Position numbers and translations under genes: made by a program. Positions 26,629 to 29,364 of a DNA stretch of 29,364 nucleotides are shown here, piece after piece. Source of the stretch: an uncultured virus (IMG/VR IMGVR_UViG_3300030202_002165) (taxonomy: Duplodnaviria; Heunggongvirae; Uroviricota; Caudoviricetes). The stretch lies in IMG/VR virus record IMGVR_UViG_3300030202_002165; one strand, written 5' to 3'. Each line of letters begins with the position of its first letter. The first letter of the stretch is position 1. The notes beneath the pieces are model-generated. The model was not told the DNA's origin and ran no database searches. It saw only the letters and a program-made list of their open reading frames with translations.

Positions 26629-26868
26629 ACTTTCATCCCTTGGTAACCAAAAACGGGATTAGACATCGGATTGGTAGTTCTAAATAAGAACGAGATTTTC
26701 TCCGGTAGTTGCAAAAGAGTAGCGTATAAGCTATGGTTAGGATAGATTGCACACAGGTAAGTGCGGTGAATTAACATCAGTATTACTATCCTTGGGTCCC
26801 CAGAGTAAAATGGGAGAACTATCATAGTGAAATCCAAACTTGAAACTAACGTCCACAAGGGGGAAAGT
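26629..26868 (+). ncRNA. Candidate ~240-nt structured non-coding RNA or structured 5' leader
   Basis: The ends pair (26629-26642 with 26856-26868). Nested helices with G-U pairs are valid on +. Starts ~10 nt after a TAnnTTTG element, is GC-richer than its flanks, and has no credible ORF. Confidence 0.6.
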
Positions 26869-26913
26869 TATATCCCTTTGAGAAATATTAATAATTATAA
26901 AAAAATAAAAACA

Positions 26914-27696
26914 ATGGTAAATTACAATTCAATTACTGTAGATAGTCCAGGTACAGATAGAAGACCTATATCAAGAGTAGTAATAAATGAAAATGTTACA
27001 CTAAGAGATTTTGAAACAGGTGAGACAATATTTTTAGCAATAACAGGAAATAGTGATATTAGTATTACATTACCATCTCCAAAAAAAGGATTAAACTTTA
27101 CGTTCATTAATACACTATCTCCGTCAGGAACTGGAGATGCAGTTATTACTAGTGGAAAAGGAAATGATAATATAGTGTCACATTCAATTGGTGGCACAAG
27201 TGTTGCAGCTACTGCTACTATTTCTTTTACAAGTAAACCACACGAAACTAAAGTACTTACAATAGTAGATGCTGATGGTACTTCATTTACTTTTGAAGTT
27301 GATGATGACGGTGATGGTGTAGTAGGTAGTAATATAGCTTTGAATATGGGTGGATCCAGCACTGCTGCAGCAATAGCAACTGAATTAGCTTCTGAAATTA
27401 ATGGTGAAGCAACTTTAGATATAACGGCAACTAATCCTACTGCTTCAACGGTATTGCTTACTATGGATGAAACTGGTACTGCAGGAAATACTACTATAAC
27501 GAGTGATTTTACTAACTCTACTGTTCCTGCAGCTTTTACAGGAGGTAGTGATGGTGGTAATAATTTACTAGCAGATAATATCACAGTAGAAGCTGCTTCT
27601 ATAGGAGGTGAGTGGTTAGAATTTATGGCTGATGCTAATTTCTGGTACTGTAAAGTAACTAAGAGTGCTAATTCTTCAATAACTATGCAAGGATAG
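26914..27696 (+). CDS. Putative virion structural protein (260 aa; likely start ATG 26914 rather than GTG 26827)
   Basis: T/S/G/A-rich beta protein with ITLPSPKKGLNFTFI and terminal LEFMADANFWY; A-rich leader before ATG 26914; own terminator. Confidence 0.65.
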   Translation: MVNYNSITVDSPGTDRRPISRVVINENVTLRDFETGETIFLAITGNSDISITLPSPKKGLNFTFINTLSPSGTGDAVITSGKGNDNIVSHSIGGTSVAATATISFTSKPHETKVLTIVDADGTSFTFEVDDDGDGVVGSNIALNMGGSSTAAAIATELASEINGEATLDITATNPTASTVLLTMDETGTAGNTTITSDFTNSTVPAAFTGGSDGGNNLLADNITVEAASIGGEWLEFMADANFWYCKVTKSANSSITMQG

Positions 27697-27718
27697 TATT
27701 TATTAAGATTATTATAAG

Positions 27719-27750
27719 ATGGGTGGTAAAGTAATTTACTGCCCATTTTT
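27719..27750 (+). terminator. Intrinsic terminator
   Basis: ATGGGTGGTAAA-GTAA-TTTACTGCCCAT-TTTT; GNRA loop and G-U pairs valid on +. Confidence 0.8.
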
Positions 27751-27778
27751 ATTTACATTGAAAAAATTTTTAAAATCA

Positions 27779-27811
27779 TTTGGAAGTATAAAGAAATATT
27801 TTATATCTTTG
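27779..27811 (+). promoter_or_regulatory. Canonical Bacteroidota sigma70 promoter
   Basis: TTTG (27779-27782), 21 nt spacer, TATCTTTG (27804-27811), 22 nt upstream of the groES ATG. Confidence 0.75.
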
Positions 27812-27833
27812 CGCAAACTAAAATATATAAAAT

Positions 27834-28103
27834 ATGAAATTCAAACCAAACGGAAACTGGCTAGTCTTGCCAGATCCAACAATTACACAAACAGAGTCCG
27901 GAATATATTTAGACGAAAAGACAGCAGACGAAAATGCTAAAAAGTCTAATGTATTAGATGTATTAGCAGTAGGTCCTAACTGTATTTTTGTAAAAGCAGG
28001 GGATACTGTAATGGTAGATCCTAGAACAGAAGCTGTAAGAGCTGTGATAGATGAGAAAGAGTACTTACTTATAGGTGAGCACCAGATTTTAGGAAAGTGG
28101 TAG
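27834..28103 (+). CDS. groES: GroES/Cpn10 co-chaperonin
   Basis: KPNGNWLVL, TESGIYL mobile loop, VLAVGP, VKAGDTV, EHQILG. Confidence 0.9.
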   Translation: MKFKPNGNWLVLPDPTITQTESGIYLDEKTADENAKKSNVLDVLAVGPNCIFVKAGDTVMVDPRTEAVRAVIDEKEYLLIGEHQILGKW

Positions 28104-28351
28104 AAGGATCTGTAACTATATCTATAGCAGATTTTCAAGCTTTACTAGAAGCGTCTGTAAAAGCGGGAGAGTTAACAAAATCAACGACAAGAGCTTCTAA
28201 AGAGATTCAAGTTTTTTTATCATTTATTCATAAACAATTAGAACTTACAGAACATATAGAATCTTTTAATAGACAATCTAAAAATTCTAAAATTATAATA
28301 GATGATAATGATAGAATAAAAATACAATTTAATGAAGAGAATAATAAATAA
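28097..28351 (+). CDS. Hypothetical protein (GTG start)
   Basis: Overlaps the groES stop; GSVTISIADFQALLE. Confidence 0.6.
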   Translation: MVEGSVTISIADFQALLEASVKAGELTKSTTRASKEIQVFLSFIHKQLELTEHIESFNRQSKNSKIIIDDNDRIKIQFNEENNK

Positions 28352-28475
28352 ATTACGATACATTAAACACAGGATGGGATTTCACAATTCTAAATGTAGA
28401 AGACGTGTATTTACAACTGAGGAAGATTATGTATGTTTAATAACTGGTAATACTCACAAAAAATTTACATTATGA
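28332..28475 (+). CDS. Small protein (47 aa) with possible H/C metal site, not in the ORF track
   Basis: MKRIINKLRYIKHRMGFHNSKCRRRVFTTEEDYVCLITGNTHKKFTL*; ATGA-coupled to the next gene. Confidence 0.55.
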   Translation: MKRIINKLRYIKHRMGFHNSKCRRRVFTTEEDYVCLITGNTHKKFTL

Positions 28476-28693
28476 GTTACTTAACACATTTAAAAAGAAC
28501 TGATACTCCAAACGACATTCGATGGATTGTCAAATATGATAAAATAGGTAAAGTCAGAGAAGTTAAACAAATATATAAACCATCTGAATATTATGCTATG
28601 AATAAACATAAAGGTAAAAATGCAAGACCTTTACATAATAAAAACGCATTAATTAAAATTTTAGAAGATGATAAAAAGAAAAATAACAGTTAA
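28472..28693 (+). CDS. Small basic hypothetical protein
   Basis: ATGA coupling; part of the operon. Confidence 0.6.
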   Translation: MSYLTHLKRTDTPNDIRWIVKYDKIGKVREVKQIYKPSEYYAMNKHKGKNARPLHNKNALIKILEDDKKKNNS

Positions 28694-29003
28694 TATAGAT
28701 AGTACGTATAAATATCTACAGATATGGAATGGGATATTTAATCTGACTAATAAAGAGTTAAGTATATTAGCTCAATTTATAGATGTACAGTCTATAAAAC
28801 AAGATATAAATTTATGTAGTGTTGCAGTTAAAAAAAATGTAGCACATTTAATAGGTATTAAAGATCCTAATACTTTAAATAACTATATTAAAAAATATAA
28901 AGATAAGGGAGCAACAATAAAAGAAAGAGGATTATATAAATTAAATCCTATGCTAGACCCAAAGACAGAATTAGTAGAAATAACTATAACAAGAAATGTC
29001 TAA
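28668..29003 (+). CDS. Winged-helix protein
   Basis: LTNKELSIL...KKNVAHLIGIKDPNTLNNYIKKYKDKG...YKLNP. Confidence 0.7.
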   Translation: MIKRKITVNIDSTYKYLQIWNGIFNLTNKELSILAQFIDVQSIKQDINLCSVAVKKNVAHLIGIKDPNTLNNYIKKYKDKGATIKERGLYKLNPMLDPKTELVEITITRNV

Positions 29004-29109
29004 CGTAATAAGCCATTTAGTTATTTCAGTATTTGACACAATACATTATAGAATAGTAGTATTTCAAGATATAGAGGGTAATTATTTAACAATGAATATA
29101 GAAATATGA
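28996..29109 (+). CDS. Small protein (37 aa), not in the ORF track
   Basis: MSNVISHLVISVFDTIHYRIVVFQDIEGNYLTMNIEI*; overlaps both neighbours. Confidence 0.5.
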   Translation: MSNVISHLVISVFDTIHYRIVVFQDIEGNYLTMNIEI

Positions 29110-29363
29110 CAGAAGAAAATAAAAAAAATCAACCAGAGGAGGTAAAACCGCCATCAATGTTTCAAATGATGAAAAGTTTTGGAAAAGATTTGGGAAAATG
29201 GATTAAAGAAGGAGTACCAGCAACTAGTCCGGCCGATTATATACAACGGTTAAATGCATGTAAAGCTTGTCCACATTTAATAGAAAAACATATGAGATGT
29301 GGTAAGTGTGGATGTATGATAGAGCATAAAGCTAAATGGAGAACAACTACATGCCCAGACGAT
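29106..29363 (+). CDS. Cys-rich Zn-finger-like protein (partial, runs off the window)
   Basis: RLNACKACPHL...RCGKCGCMIEHKAKW...TCP. Confidence 0.75.
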   Translation, partial: MTEENKKNQPEEVKPPSMFQMMKSFGKDLGKWIKEGVPATSPADYIQRLNACKACPHLIEKHMRCGKCGCMIEHKAKWRTTTCPDD

Positions 29364-29364
29364 C

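Noticed and set aside
26586..26858. 90-aa minus-strand ORF
   Set aside because: Non-ATG start, atypical composition and orientation against the local + promoter; better explained as structured RNA.
24535..26900. tRNA, tmRNA, CRISPR array or hammerhead ribozyme in the non-coding tracts
   Set aside because: No cloverleaf with a T-loop, no regularly spaced repeats, and no complete CUGAUGA/GAAA core was found by eye.
26827..26913. GTG-started N-terminal extension of the structural gene
   Set aside because: It overlaps the 3' stem of the candidate RNA; ATG 26914 has a typical A-rich leader.
26922..27746. 274-aa antisense ORF
   Set aside because: Mirror frame of the T/A/S/G-rich + strand gene; the + gene has a leader and terminator.
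1..29364. Stop-codon reassignment as in some crAss-like phages
   Set aside because: Genes are full length under the standard code, and TAA, TAG and TGA all end genes at sensible positions.

Overview
AT-rich (roughly 30% GC) tailed-phage genome segment, most consistent with a crAss-like/Bacteroidota-infecting phage. It uses the standard genetic code, lacks obvious Shine-Dalgarno motifs, and has TAnnTTTG promoter elements. There are three blocks. (1) A 1656-aa virion/ejection-type protein on + with zincin-like and PD-(D/E)XK motifs, ending at a bidirectional terminator. (2) A ~21 kb minus-strand early/replication block (26335->5047): small orphan genes, a lipoprotein, two SET-domain proteins, PolA, SF2 helicase, DnaB, Sak4-like ATPase, SSB-like protein, primase, metallophosphoesterase, endonuclease, rIIA, an SPL-like radical SAM enzyme, rIIB, a 5'-3' exonuclease and a DUF5664-like nucleotide hydrolase. 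(3) After a GC-palindromic strand switch at ~26340-26470, a + strand block with a candidate ~240-nt structured ncRNA, a structural protein, GroES and small genes. The most interesting signals are the promoter-led multibranch RNA (26629-26868), the SPL-like enzyme inserted between rIIA and rIIB, the two SET proteins, a recurrent AACCAATTAAA pre-ATG motif, and a series of strand-polarised long intergenic RNA stems. All calls come from reading motifs by eye; no searches were run.
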